NCBI GenBank assembly: GCA_028023455.1
Contig: JAQFVV010000004.1
Span: 17,546,001-17,610,000, forward strand
Origin: Epiperipatus broadwayi
Lineage: Eukaryota > Animalia > Onychophora
Length of the DNA: 64,000 bases
Direction: 5' to 3'
Shown here: piece after piece, positions 55,001 through 62,899 of the stretch
How the letters are laid out: every line of letters starts with the position of its first letter
Numbering within the stretch: the stretch's first letter is position 1
The notes under the pieces: model-generated
The model's database searches: none
What the model saw: the letters and a program-made list of their open reading frames with translations, nothing else
What the model was told of the DNA's origin: nothing
Program-made: the position numbers and the translations under genes

Positions 55001-55600
55001 TTATAAATTAATGACAATATTAACACATCTTTATCCATGGGTGGGTGGGGGGGATAACATTTAATACAAGTTTTATGTATTTTCATTGCTTTACAAGTAA
55101 CCATAATGGTTGCCTTTGCCAAAAATACTCAGCACCAAAAATAGATTAAAGTTATATTAAATCTTAATAATGACTTTTCCATGGATGAAGATATATTAAT
55201 GTGACCTTTAATTTATTACACTGAGAGAAAATTTATCTTAGTGTTTTAATTGAAAAAATTATACATTTTATAAATTCAATTTTATTATATTCAGCTATTT
55301 TTTAATAATAAATCTTAAACAAAGTTGGAAAACTATTCTTAAATCATAAAATTTTCAATATATAGAAAGATTCAGATATTTTAGGCAAAAAATACAATAA
55401 AACATAATGTCATTGATAATATTTTATACTTAATAATCTCCAATTTAAATGAAAGGAAAATAAAAAGAAGTAATTGTTTATAAAAAACTATTTATTTTAT
55501 TTACCTTATACGCATCATGAGGAGGTATTCCAACCCCTGGGATAGAACACATGATAGTATGAATATTTAGTAGAGCAGGTAATGATGTTAAATCACAAAA
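856..55600 (-). CDS. VIRMA: Protein virilizer homolog (VIRMA/KIAA1429), partial: 15 spliced exons, 663 codons, open at both ends
   Basis: Phase-consistent GT-AG exon chain. Peptides match remembered VIRMA motifs: GLILLSELLPL.LP.QT, RKLWS.HLH, LRR..VQL.DLA.PTAL, LSNSLPNKE, EHDYG.YHLK, EP.L.APESL...FN.R, NTSRPPSMHVDDF. Confidence 0.95.
1339..1375 (-). ncRNA. Degenerate type-I hammerhead ribozyme relic (5' core deleted)
   Basis: Minus strand reads ACAAGTGC TGGTTTA GCAT GATA TATGTATA TTGGTC. Confidence 0.6.
1957..1992 (+). ncRNA. Degenerate type-I hammerhead ribozyme relic (GAAA/stem III deleted)
   Basis: GGACCAA CTGACAA GTGC TGGTTTA GCAT ATTGGTG. Confidence 0.6.
2110..3330 (-). mobile_element. 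Decayed Ty3/Gypsy gag remnant with CCHC zinc knuckles
   Basis: CFYCGKTGHISKEC...CFKCGKK; FEWPFYIIQIENFFTLNRIDDNKSKIVAFMC parallels the gag at 17.5, 48.1 and 63.5 kb; a possible degenerate PBS near 3214-3232. Confidence 0.75.
3905..4597 (+). mobile_element. 3' fragment of the APE-RT LINE family (copy a)
   Basis: Homologous to the 3' part of the LINE at 19.4-20.4 kb (reverse complement); ends in a CATCACATCAC tail. Confidence 0.9.
4603..5265 (+). mobile_element. 3' fragment of the same LINE (copy b), tandem to copy a
   Basis: Repeats 3950-4597; ends in CATCACATCACAC. Confidence 0.9.
8100..8460 (+). mobile_element. Possible highly decayed PLE RT N-terminal fragment
   Basis: SDIPLRRI followed after a frameshift by SANPFNLAYHL, resembling the PLE motif KxDIPLRPIIS..SPxYNLAKxL; weak. 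Confidence 0.35.
9669..9778 (-). CDS. VIRMA: VIRMA exon (110 nt) WKDRCQPLINPNKKDRAGKKAFPRSFTSARTPWNPQ
   Basis: tttaatag|A TGG...CAA T|gtcagt. The phases (2/1) bridge the flanking exons exactly; the peptide itself is divergent. Confidence 0.82.
9931..10064 (-). CDS. VIRMA: VIRMA exon (134 nt) VVVDLESMNEKYCPEYDLKGELNKG...KPKKKPK
   Basis: tttttag|GTT...AAA GG|gtaaga; resembles VKVDLIELSEKCCSDFDL. Confidence 0.92.
10160..10320 (-). CDS. VIRMA: VIRMA exon (161 nt) EFSEPILPAPESLSSQFNSRATFLIGDIEDD...DSDVELDQ
   Basis: gttttag|TG GAA...CAA|gtaagt; matches the EPVLSAPESLQNLFNNR-like motif. Confidence 0.95.
10349..10543. mobile_element. MITE-like element with ~24 bp terminal inverted repeats
   Basis: aaattatattccataagagtgtgt ... 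acacactcttgtggaatataattt (one mismatch). Confidence 0.7.
10573..11471 (+). mobile_element. Probable solo LTR
   Basis: GC/purine-enriched non-coding block with TGT...AATAAA...AACA-like ends and an internal ~73 bp tandem duplication (11187-11330); no TSD found. Confidence 0.4.
12887..12927 (-). ncRNA. Degenerate minimal type-I hammerhead ribozyme
   Basis: TTTCA CTGATGA AGGTC AATA ACC AGAAAC TGC TTT GGAG; stem II and stem III are imperfect. Confidence 0.55.
13300..14150 (+). mobile_element. Decayed PLE ORF N-terminal remnant
   Basis: A-rich pseudo-ORF with EEQIVNSMGLK (compare the PLE LxxGLKY motif) and a KxxKG-like segment. Confidence 0.4.
14304..14400 (-). CDS. VIRMA: VIRMA exon (97 nt) DCSREEETLESLQENISSLIQLLKDGTNQQEK
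   Basis: atttaaag|GAT...AAA A|gtaaat; resembles EHSKDDDNLDSLLDSVVGL. Confidence 0.88.
14861..15147 (-). repeat. 3' LTR
   Basis: Roughly 90% identical by eye to 17784-18039; TG...CA ends. Confidence 0.85.
17765..17779 (-). promoter_or_regulatory. Primer-binding site TGGCACAGTTGGACA
   Basis: 4 nt after the LTR end; nearly identical to TGGCGCAGTTGGACA at 63368. Confidence 0.7.
17784..18039 (-). repeat. 5' LTR (outer end truncated)
   Basis: Copy of 14861-15122; ends ...ACAACA and is followed by the PBS. Confidence 0.85.
18280..18532 (-). CDS. VIRMA: VIRMA exon (253 nt) ALEKHSSTFYNLFKKLTSSFSKDS...HPLEELEKMLA
   Basis: cttttcag|T GCA...GCA|gtaaat; resembles the STFSKD and LELEKLV segments. Confidence 0.93.
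19376..22955 (-). mobile_element. Non-LTR retrotransposon (LINE) ORF2: APE endonuclease and RT, frameshifted
   Basis: VLAVVETHL and GGGIGV (APE); GLDG, YRLIAVTSVLYKVF, FIDIEKAYD and GLRQGYPMS (RT); CATCA-repeat 3' tail. Confidence 0.93.
20030..20282. repeat. Three alternating-orientation copies of a short repeat inserted into the LINE
   Basis: The unit GCAATATATATAGTGAGTTTTGCCTG appears in -/+/- orientation; the same family is present at 13010-13110. Confidence 0.85.
25624..25671 (-). ncRNA. Degenerate hammerhead relic upstream of the PLE ORF
   Basis: ATG CAGTTGA AGGCA AATGTTATTC TGCT GAAAC ATTG GTA GTTGCAT; located where PLE pLTR hammerheads are expected. Confidence 0.5.
25905..28250. repeat. 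Long unclassified interspersed repeat, copy 1
   Basis: Colinear blocks match the reverse complement of 42700-44590 (best conserved: 26290-26830 vs 43660-44190). Confidence 0.85.
28420..28900 (+). mobile_element. Possible decayed PLE ORF N-terminus
   Basis: KDKLKEKYFG and *LSVYIF**TKGCAEV*KLGL*YK resemble the PLE KLxxK and NLSxxxxxxxExxVLxxGLxY motifs; CpG-rich. Confidence 0.35.
30575..30763. repeat. Near-perfect hairpin / MITE with ~82 bp arms and a ~25 nt loop
   Basis: 30575-30656 vs 30682-30763; 5 mismatches counted. Confidence 0.92.
30965..31310. mobile_element. Degenerate MITE-like element
   Basis: actagtgacagt (~30996) vs actgtcactagt (~31264), plus weaker outer complementarity. Confidence 0.4.
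32984..33144 (-). CDS. VIRMA: VIRMA exon (161 nt) LSNSLPNKEQMTLIC...LVMLTEHDYGFYHLK
   Basis: ttttaaag|TTA...AAA TG|gtaaaa; contains the LSNSLPNKE and EHDYG motifs. Confidence 0.96.
33312..33386 (-). CDS. VIRMA: VIRMA exon (75 nt) SIVQSMCDTEITLMTGEPTLTPLEQ
   Basis: tctttttag|TCT...CAG|gtatat; resembles SILQSLCDQDIAL. Confidence 0.92.
34730..34770 (-). ncRNA. Degenerate minimal type-I hammerhead
   Basis: TTCTTCTCA CTGATGA AGCC AATATA CG GAAC TA GTT AAGAG, with palindromic stem III ACTAGT. Confidence 0.5.
34794..35855. mobile_element. Head-to-head dimer of PLE 3' ends (~1.06 kb palindrome)
   Basis: The left arm matches 19244-19375 plus 22960-23355; the right arm is its reverse complement; centre ~35371. 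Confidence 0.9.
36661..36766 (-). CDS. VIRMA: VIRMA exon (106 nt) SKTDEKYAELFYRLLTLLNLVSEKPSHIQAQECIV
   Basis: ttatttag|T TCC...GTG|gtaata; resembles GDERYAEIF.DLL.L. The frame differs from the ORF-track read-through. Confidence 0.9.
36856..37047 (-). CDS. VIRMA: VIRMA exon (192 nt) ALLDVLIESLES...GHTSRILNLLAYLISNAAIKAPIMQLFRS
   Basis: atatttag|A GCA...TCG AG|gttagc; phases fit both neighbouring exons. Confidence 0.93.
37151..37241 (-). CDS. VIRMA: VIRMA exon (91 nt) SSCQPLQDILRRVSVQLADLAAPTALVVVR
   Basis: tttttaag|GA...GTC AG|gtaata; matches the CQP.Q..LRR..VQL.DLA.PTAL motif. Confidence 0.95.
38100..39900 (-). mobile_element. Decayed Penelope-like element RT
   Basis: FGNLKIHKENVPIKLILDF, SFDLVKKI...DRLFTLIVTEFY, G*FMG, RYVYDVLIVG. 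Confidence 0.75.
40148..40256 (-). CDS. VIRMA: VIRMA exon (109 nt) PLTKTEIELVINSRKLWSAHLHSLGSLIQDIIKTLAG
   Basis: ttttttag|CCC...GCA G|gtaagt; contains the RKLWS.HLH motif. Confidence 0.95.
40437..40458. repeat. (CA)n microsatellite
   Basis: Direct observation. Confidence 0.95.
41905..42725. mobile_element. Inverted-repeat element with an internal 15 bp stem-loop
   Basis: 41930-41990 vs 42637-42700 are reverse complements; hairpin aaattcttttgtagc/gctacaaaagaattt at 42599-42643. Confidence 0.65.
42700..44590. repeat. Long unclassified interspersed repeat, copy 2 (inverted relative to copy 1)
   Basis: See 25905-28250. Confidence 0.85.
44904..45040 (-). CDS. VIRMA: VIRMA exon (137 nt) ALSNSLWTLMVKQILQYVPAAPYTFMGGLILLSELLPLSLPLQTRE
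   Basis: tttttcag|CT...GAG|gtatat; contains the GLILLSELLPL motif. Confidence 0.95.
45190..48560 (-). mobile_element. Decayed Ty3/Gypsy retrotransposon (gag-pro-pol remnants)
   Basis: gag KIVALLCFSGRK...HIAHLNLRNRKQ; protease METDSGSGISV; RT MPLNIFQAKINALL..L..VIPYL; PBS-like TGGTGCCATTGGAAAA at 48264-48279; ends uncertain. Confidence 0.75.
49588..49660 (-). CDS. VIRMA: VIRMA exon (73 nt) IQSDIVDILLAFTQPSLKESESDE
   Basis: tttccag|ATT...GAA G|gttagc; matches the IQ.DIIDILLTFTQ motif. Confidence 0.92.
50365..50640. mobile_element. MITE-like element with ~70 bp imperfect TIRs
   Basis: aattttaaatagaaggtaatcg...aaatcaacattgtttttgtt vs aacaaaaatgttgattt...cgattatcttctatttaaaatt. Confidence 0.8.
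52730..53960 (-). pseudogene. Decayed coding sequence of unrecognised origin (probably TE-derived)
   Basis: Successive open stretches in shifting frames, e.g. EVAVFMDLLGLFYEAEIFYDG...DPKH, KLNVHAIVEQVDVDSEGQIYSG, TWKERHHMLCEEVRN. Confidence 0.4.
54000..54900 (+). mobile_element. Highly decayed LINE RT remnant
   Basis: KNLLVPDGIFPIK (compare PGPDGIP) and LTLDIKKLF (compare LDxxKAFD); a 35 bp segment is shared with ~51505. Confidence 0.35.
55019..55200. mobile_element. MITE-like element with 22 bp TIRs
   Basis: attaacacatctttatccatgg / ccatggatgaagatatattaat (3 transitions). Confidence 0.7.
55505..55600 (-). CDS. VIRMA: VIRMA exon (96 nt) FCDLTSLPALLNIHTIMCSIPGVGIPPHDAYK
   Basis: tttttttag|TTT...AAG|gtaaaa, phase 0/0; resembles vertebrate FKDMRVPSALVTLHMLLCSIP. 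Confidence 0.85.
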
Positions 55601-55879
55601 CTAAAAAAAAGATGCATAAAAAGATTAATATTTTTTTAATTTTGGATAGGCCTAAACAATACACAAGAATAAATAGAAGTAAAATTGTGGGATAAAAAAA
55701 GTAGAAAGACAGATATCTATAATAAAAATTAAATAAAATGAAAACACTTCAGCATTTTGAAAGTGATAGTGATTAAGATTACTGTTATGTTTAGTTTGGA
55801 TTATATATAAACACAAACATATGCTTATTTGTTTTATAATACATATTTATTAGTTAAACATGAATACAAACATATACTT

Positions 55880-58800
55880 ATATTTACATAATGGCTATAC
55901 TCTGCCTGCTATAGTTGGTGAGGTATAGCTCCTAGTTCTGGAGTGAACTACTGACTAAGGGATTGCATGTGACTTTATAGATTTCCCTACCACTTCCAGC
56001 TGTACCTTGCCAGCCTGCCTATATGGTGACACTTCCAGCTGTACCATGGTAGCTTGCCTCATGCCAATATTTAGTTCTAGCAGCTTCCAGTCCTGAATGT
56101 AAACTCATCATGCTGTGTCAACCGTTTTTAATAGCTATTGTCCAGAGAATGTGTATACTATCTTTCAGCTTTGTGACAGTAGTTCTCTGGAGAATGTATA
56201 TACTGCTGTACAGGTTTAGCAGTAGTTCTCTGATCTTATCTCCAAAAAGACTATAGTTATTGTCATATCCCCATCTTTAATGAAAACATTCGGATTCAGT
56301 GAACATCATTGCCTATTGGCCAATTCTTGCCATTGACTATGCATTACCTGTTTGTATACACATTGTTTAGTAGCAATGAATGATCAATCTGATGTAGATA
56401 AGACAGAATTAGGATTAGTCCATTATTTGAGGGTAAAATTGAGATATGACACACACATTCTGGCTAAAAATAGTCCTGGACAAAGTTGGTAGGCATTTTC
56501 TTCACATTGCAGTTTCATCTGGCTTGATCTCCTCAGCAGAGCCACTGTTGTCATCATTTGAAAATCTTGGAACTGTAGGTTCATTGCAGCTGGCTGATGA
56601 CCTATCACTGTTTCTTACAACTCTTTGTCATATGATGATGATTTGCTGTTGGTTGATATGTAATTTAACTGTAGTTGATTTCTGTGATGATGATGTTTTC
56701 CAACAGTAGTTTTAACTATCTGTGCTTATAGCCCTTTAAGTTCAATCACCACTTCTAGAATCCATTTGGTAGTTCCACTACATATTTGACATAGAATTTG
56801 GGTGCCTATTTGCACTTTAGTATTGTTATTTTCATTTTTCTCATTAGTAGAACTAGGCTTGAGACCTGACAAATTGGTTCTCAGATATCTACTGAATATT
56901 AAGTTCAGGTAGTGCTTTTCCAGTGACTGTGCTAAAAGCATTCTGGTGATACAGGTGTTCCAACTTCCTGTGTCTATTTTTGTTAGCATCTTTTTTGTCT
57001 CTTGAATTGCCTGACCATTGTTCTCAGAATGGAATGGTGGGTTAAACATTAGTTCAATGCTATTATTGGCACAAAAATTTTTGACTGCTATTTAAGTAAA
57101 TGTTGTGCAATTGTCTGAAAATATAGATTTAGGGAGGTCAGGTGTAGCAAATAGCCTCCTAAGAGTTTTGATAGTTGCTGTAGATTGGAGTGATGATACC
57201 TCCACTAACTCCAGCCACTTGGAGTAAAAATCAACCACAATTATTAATAGTGTGCTTCTCCATGGACCTGCATGGTAAACATGAATTTTGGTCTAGGAAC
57301 CTTCAGATTTAGGCCACTGAACTGATTTGTTCTTTGCTGGCATATTTTGGTTCATCTTGCAATGCCAGCAATGATGGACCTTAGACTTAATGTCAGAATC
57401 CAAAGTAGCCCGCCACATATAAGATCTTGCTGGATCTCCGTTGCAACAATCCCTGGATGCCCATTATGTAACATGTCAAGCACCTGGGATTGTCCAGATG
57501 GAAGATCATTATTCTTGATCCCCAGACAAAGAATCTATTTTCAATTGAAAGTTCTAGCCTTCAAGCCCAGTAGGCTAGATGCAACACATTAAGTTTTTTG
57601 TTTGACCAACCCCATTGGATCCATTTCAGTAACCTTTGGAATTCAGGATCATTAGTAATCCATCGAGCCACTGACTTACTGTTAACTGATGTATTTAATT
57701 CTAAGTCTATCATATTAATTGACTGACTTTTTGACTTTTACATTATTTGTAGTCTCTCAGGCAATTGACTTACCTTTTCTTCATGGGAAATTTCTTTTGC
57801 CTCACTGTATTTCAGTTTAAAATTATAACCTGATAAAAAATTGAACCACCTTAGCATTCATGGTGAGGCATGCTAAGGAATTCCTTTATCAGAAGTAAAG
57901 TTATCCAACGGGGATCTATGATGGGTCTGTACTATGAATGAATGACTATAAAAATAGTCATAAAATTTTTTAATGTTATTTATCAAGGCTAAGGCCTCTC
58001 TGTCAATCTGAGCATTATTTCCTCTGTTTTTGAGAGACACTTTGATGCAAATGCAATAGGGCAGTGTGTCCTATCATCATTTCTATGAGACAACACAACA
58101 TTTGTTCTTTTTGGTGAGGCACTAAAAGTTTGGTATGAACACTCTTTCAGAGTCAAAGTAAGCTAATACTACTGAGTCTAATATTTGGTCTTTCAGTTTT
58201 TTGAAAGCTCTATCATGCTTATTGTACTATTTCCACACTGAATTCTTGCCCAGCTGAGTCAGTTTTATGACATAAAAAACTGTTGTAATAATTTATGAGG
58301 CCCAAAAAAGTCTGCAGTTCTTTCTTGTTCCCTGGCGTCTTTGCTTCTTTAATTGCCATGATATTTTTTTTTGAGTAGGATGAATGCCATCTGTAACTAT
58401 CCTAACAATTCAAGTTCTTTAGCCTCAAAAAATGCATTTGCCCAAGTTTATTTTTATGCCTGAGGCTTTAAACTTGTCTAGGAGTTTCCTGGTGGAACTC
58501 CAGAGTTGTTTTGGATTTCTAGCCACTGATAAGAAATCATCAAAATAAGGTAGCAGAAAGTTGGTCAATGACCTCTGGAATATTGCTGGGGTGACCGATA
58601 TTCCAAAAGGCAACTGGTCCATTTTAAATAAACCTTTGTGAGTAGATAATCAATAATGCTCTTGCAGTCTGATCATCAATTGGTAACTGCAAGTTTGCAT
58701 GTTTCAAATACATTTTTGTAAAAAACCTTCCACTTGACAGTGTGGATAGAATCTGTTTAACAGATGGTGGTGGATAGTTATCAGATGCCAGTGCTTTATT

Positions 58801-60150
58801 GATTGTACATCGATAATTACCACAAATGCACCTATCACCATTTTCTTTGATGATTAGGAGGACAATTGGGGTAGCGCATTCTGAGTAGGATATGGGCTTA
58901 ATAACCTCTGAAGCCTGTCATCTTTCAATCTCAGCTTTCACTTCAACTCTCAACGCCAGTGGCAGTGGTCTCCAACAATAACTGATCGATTTTACTTCTT
59001 TATTTAATAGTAGATGGACTGTGGGTTCCAAATACGATCCAGTGTTTTGTCAAATACTTCAGGGTAATCACTTTTCAATTTAGTTATAGTTGTGAGCTGG
59101 TTCATTTTTTTTTCACTGCAGACCTTAAATGACTAAACCAGTCATGGTCTAATAAATTGCTATATTCACCTGATGATACAACCAGATATGTAATTTTATT
59201 AGGCATTGTAAAATTAACTCTTGTCTGTCCCAAGAGGGTTATTTGATTGCCTTGGTAATCATTGATTGTTTTGCTGGTAGGATGCAGCTGATATTTATTA
59301 GTCTTATTAATAATAACTTATGTCTTTTTTGACACACAGACACTGCAGACTTAGTGTCTAGATCCATTGTTACAGATGTATCATTAATAAATATTCTGCG
59401 TTCAAAAGCAGAGTCAATGTCTTTCACATAGATAATACCTGCATTTTGTTTCTTAGATTTTAAATTACTTTTCTGGTTCATTCATTCTGTTATTACTAAT
59501 TTGTTTTTTTCATGTAAAACAAGGAGCTTTTATGTTTCCAACACACTGGTATTGACATTCAGTGTGTGCATGTATCGATTGATCGCATCTATATCCATGC
59601 TTTTCATTCATTGTCATTTATTTATATGAGCAGTGACTTTGACTGTCAGCGGCTGACCCAGTTTTCTGCTCAATAATTTAAATGCTATAATCCATTTTTT
59701 TGATGGATTTGCATTGACTAATTGTTGATTCTGCTTAGGGTCAGAATCGATTAGGAATTTGACCCTGAGACTAGGGTTTTTTTTTCTTCCACAGCTAAAA
59801 CGTTCTTGTAGAGCTTTGTTAAGAAAGACTTTGAAATTGCATTTTAAAGCTAGTATTTTTTAAAAGTAAAATATCTAGCTTTTTCTCCTTCCCCTTGTAT
59901 ATAAATATTGAATCTCTGCGTTATTGTTAGGGATTTTGGATTGAAAAAGTTAGTTAGTAGAGGCACTGCCTTGTCAAAATCAAGGTCAGCTGGAAGTAAA
60001 AGAGTTGCTTGGGCTTTAAGGATCTCATAGGTATAATGTCCCATAATAGACACCAGGGATAATTTTAACTCGATCTTTTTGATTTCATTAGCCTGTAAAT
60101 AGAAGATTACTTAATCTTTATAGTTCAAATAATTCTCTGGATAAGCCAGA
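55880..60150 (-). mobile_element. Decayed Ty3/Gypsy retrotransposon, gag-PR-RT-RH-IN order, with 3' LTR
   Basis: gag FFNPKSLTITQRF; PR MDLDTKSAVSVC; RT LPFGISVTPAIFQR...YFDDFL; IN GHPGIVAT and PFHSENNGQA; PPT AAAGATGGGGATA followed by TGACA (LTR ~55880-56265); no 5' LTR found. Confidence 0.9.
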
Positions 60151-60577
60151 TTGAATTCTTCAATTGAGCCATTTTTATTTTTTTCTCTCTTTATGCTGTG
60201 AAATTTTTTTTTTTAACTTTTATTTGTGAGAATAAGCACTTGAGTTGGTTTTTGATTTTTAGTTGACAAGATACTGTTTGCATAACTGCCAATCTTTGAT
60301 AAAGCTAAAATCTAACAACCCACTGGGGGATTTCTGACTTTTTAATAAGAAAAACCACCCAATTTTGATTTTAACATTTTTTTTTATAGACATGCAAATA
60401 ACGTTTATGGCCAATTTTTTTTTAATTAATTGATGATAAAATTTACCCACGGGGGGGGGGTGCCTTTATTAATAAGGGTAACCTCTCTCATTTGATTTAA
60501 AAATATTTTTATTGACATGCCAATAACGTTTGTGGTAAATTATTTTTAATTAATGACAAAATATAATGTGTCATGAC

Positions 60578-61157
60578 ATATCCATGAAGGCATGATTTTG
60601 TGTTTTAAACTTCCTTTTTTCCCTTCCAGCCATGGAAAAGAAAAAATTATTTTATCAACTGCATCAAACCAGTTGTTTACTCTGGCAGAATTTATGTGAT
60701 TTAATAATCACAGATTCATAAATACAAACACGCACTTGCACATTTATGACATATGCTTTTTTTTCTAGCCGTGGAGATAAAAAAAAAATTATTTGTCAAT
60801 GGCAACAAGTATTAAGTTTTTTGGGGCAATATATATGTGATTTAATAATCACAGACTCATGGAAATATCCATGAAGGCAAGATTTTGTGTTTTAAACTTC
60901 GTTTTTCCCTTCCAGCCATGGGAAAGAAAAAATTATTTTATCAACTGCATCAAACCTGTTGTTTACTCTGGCCGAATTAATGTGATTTAATAATCACAGA
61001 TTCATAAATACAAACACGCACTTGCACATTTATGACATATGCTTTTTTTTCTAGCCGTGGAGATAAAAAAAAAAAAAATTATTTGTCAATGGCAACAAGT
61101 ATTAAGTTTTTTGGGGCAATATATATGTGATTTAATAATCACAGACTCAGGGAAATA
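60578..61157. repeat. Higher-order tandem repeat: 2 x ~287 bp, each made of 2 diverged ~143 bp monomers
   Basis: Near-identical units start at 60578 and 60865; the palindrome TGTGATTTAATAATCACA occurs four times. Confidence 0.92.
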
Positions 61158-62358
61158 TAAATGAGCAAAATACAAAAAACAAAGAGAAGTATTAAGATAA
61201 TCTATTGTTAAGCAAAAGTTTCTGATTCAATTTCTAACAAAAAAAAAATCTCAAACTATTTATATCAGATGAAAATGTGCCAGATCATCAAAATTTAATA
61301 AATTATACACCCTCACAATTAACCAAGTAGGAGAAGAAAAATTATTAGAAAGCTGGATTGCAACATTATTAATAGATTATGATTATTAATTAGATTATGA
61401 TTATTAATTAGTAGTGAGACCACAATGAACACAAGCAGAATAACTTTATAAGTTATTTTGTCACAATGCAGAAAGTGAAATGGAAATTATAGCATACAAT
61501 ATCTATTCTCAGTAACACACCTGCTGAAACTTCAGTGATGAATCAATTTTATATGGCTCAGCTACTATCATATGCAGGAAAAGGATTAATAATAATAATA
61601 AGTATATAATAAAAAACGTCTAGAAGGAAAAACAATATATATGCTAATAATATATATATATATAAATCATTATAAAAAATAAGAAAAAGCTTAATAAAAA
61701 TTAAATGCAGTAAAACACAAACAATTGTATAATATATTTATTATAAAAATAAATATCAAAATCAAAAAATTTATAATAAAGTTCTGGAGAGTTTACATTT
61801 CTTAACTCTTCTTATATAAAAAATAAAATAATAAAACAAAAGCTCATAAAAATTCAATCTTTTTTTTTAAAAAAACCAACAAAATAATGGCACTTTCTTC
61901 ATCTGAGAAATGCTATAGCTAAAAAAAATAAATGAAAGAATTTAATAAAAAATACCCTGCTAGTTATAATGTGACACTATACTACTGAGAATTAAATGCA
62001 AATATTTTTCACAAAGAATCCTGCATGATGAAATTTTTAAATCAATTTATTAATTATTAGCTAAAATCTATTATTTAACAATGTTTCATTTTGTTTTCAA
62101 CTTGAACGCATCCCGTATAAAATAAATAAAAATTAAACTAAAAAGATATAATTAAAAAAAATCTGTTTTACATTTCAAATTACAGTTTCTTCCTTAATGA
62201 GCAGTAACGCAGCTAACACACCAAATAAAATGTTTAACAAAATGAAAACTAAAAATATTTTAATTAATCTGTACAAATGGCAAAATCAAAGTATTTTAAG
62301 TAATTACTTCAAACAACTGACACACATGATCACAGACATGTGAAAAAGATAGATGATT

Positions 62359-62405
62359 CCCAATATACATACTTTGTGCACAACAAGCACTCATATCAGT
62401 TGGGC
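62359..62405 (-). ncRNA. Degenerate type-I hammerhead relic
   Basis: GCCCAA CTGATATGA GTGC TTGTTGT GCAC AAA GTATGTATA TTGGG. Confidence 0.65.
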
Positions 62406-62780
62406 CAGATCACAATCTCCCACATATATGTACAATCAGTGCTCGGCTTATATTAGGTTAGCAATTCTTCAACATTTAATGGACAGGCTTCAATCTTCTC
62501 ATCCTTCCAACTATTTAATAGTTCATTTCATTTAAAAACTAATGCTGAACATTTGGTGGATTTGATATTGTAGTCATATCCATGTAGACATTATGTCAAT
62601 CTAACCCTTCACATGGGTACGACTACAATATCAAATCCACCAAGGATTTTGAGCATTCCACTGTTGATTTTTCAATGAAATGGACAGTTGAAGATTAAAG
62701 CCTGTCCATTAAAGTTTAAGCACTGCTATCTTAATAAAAGCTGAGCACTGATTGTAAATAGGTGTGGGAGATAATGATTT

Positions 62781-62827
62781 GATCAAACTGATGACTGCTG
62801 GTTTTGCATGAAATACCCATATTAGGG
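62781..62827 (+). ncRNA. Type-I hammerhead with intact core nucleotides and weakened stems
   Basis: GATCAAA CTGATGA CTGC TGGTTTT GCAT GAAA TACCCATA TTAGGG. Confidence 0.7.
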
Positions 62828-62899
62828 ATCATCTATCGTTGTTCTCATGTACGTGGTCATGTGTGTTGGTTGTTTGACATGAATGAAGGACGAATATAG

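Larger units (their letters stand above)
62309..62877. mobile_element. Palindromic (foldback) non-coding element, copy 2, with a hammerhead relic in each arm
   Basis: TCAAACAAC...GTTGTTTGA ends; the arms are reverse complements; homologous to 1295-2046. Confidence 0.9.

Noticed and set aside
60578-61157. CRISPR-like array or bacterial CRP-like sites
   Set aside because: The spacers between palindromes are themselves repeated, and the context is a spliced eukaryotic gene. This is a tandem repeat.
61520-61566. Possible extra VIRMA exon (VAEPYKIDSSLKFQQ, phase-compatible, gtgtgt donor)
   Set aside because: The peptide does not resemble the expected upstream VIRMA sequence and the splice sites are weak. 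The next exon probably lies beyond the window.
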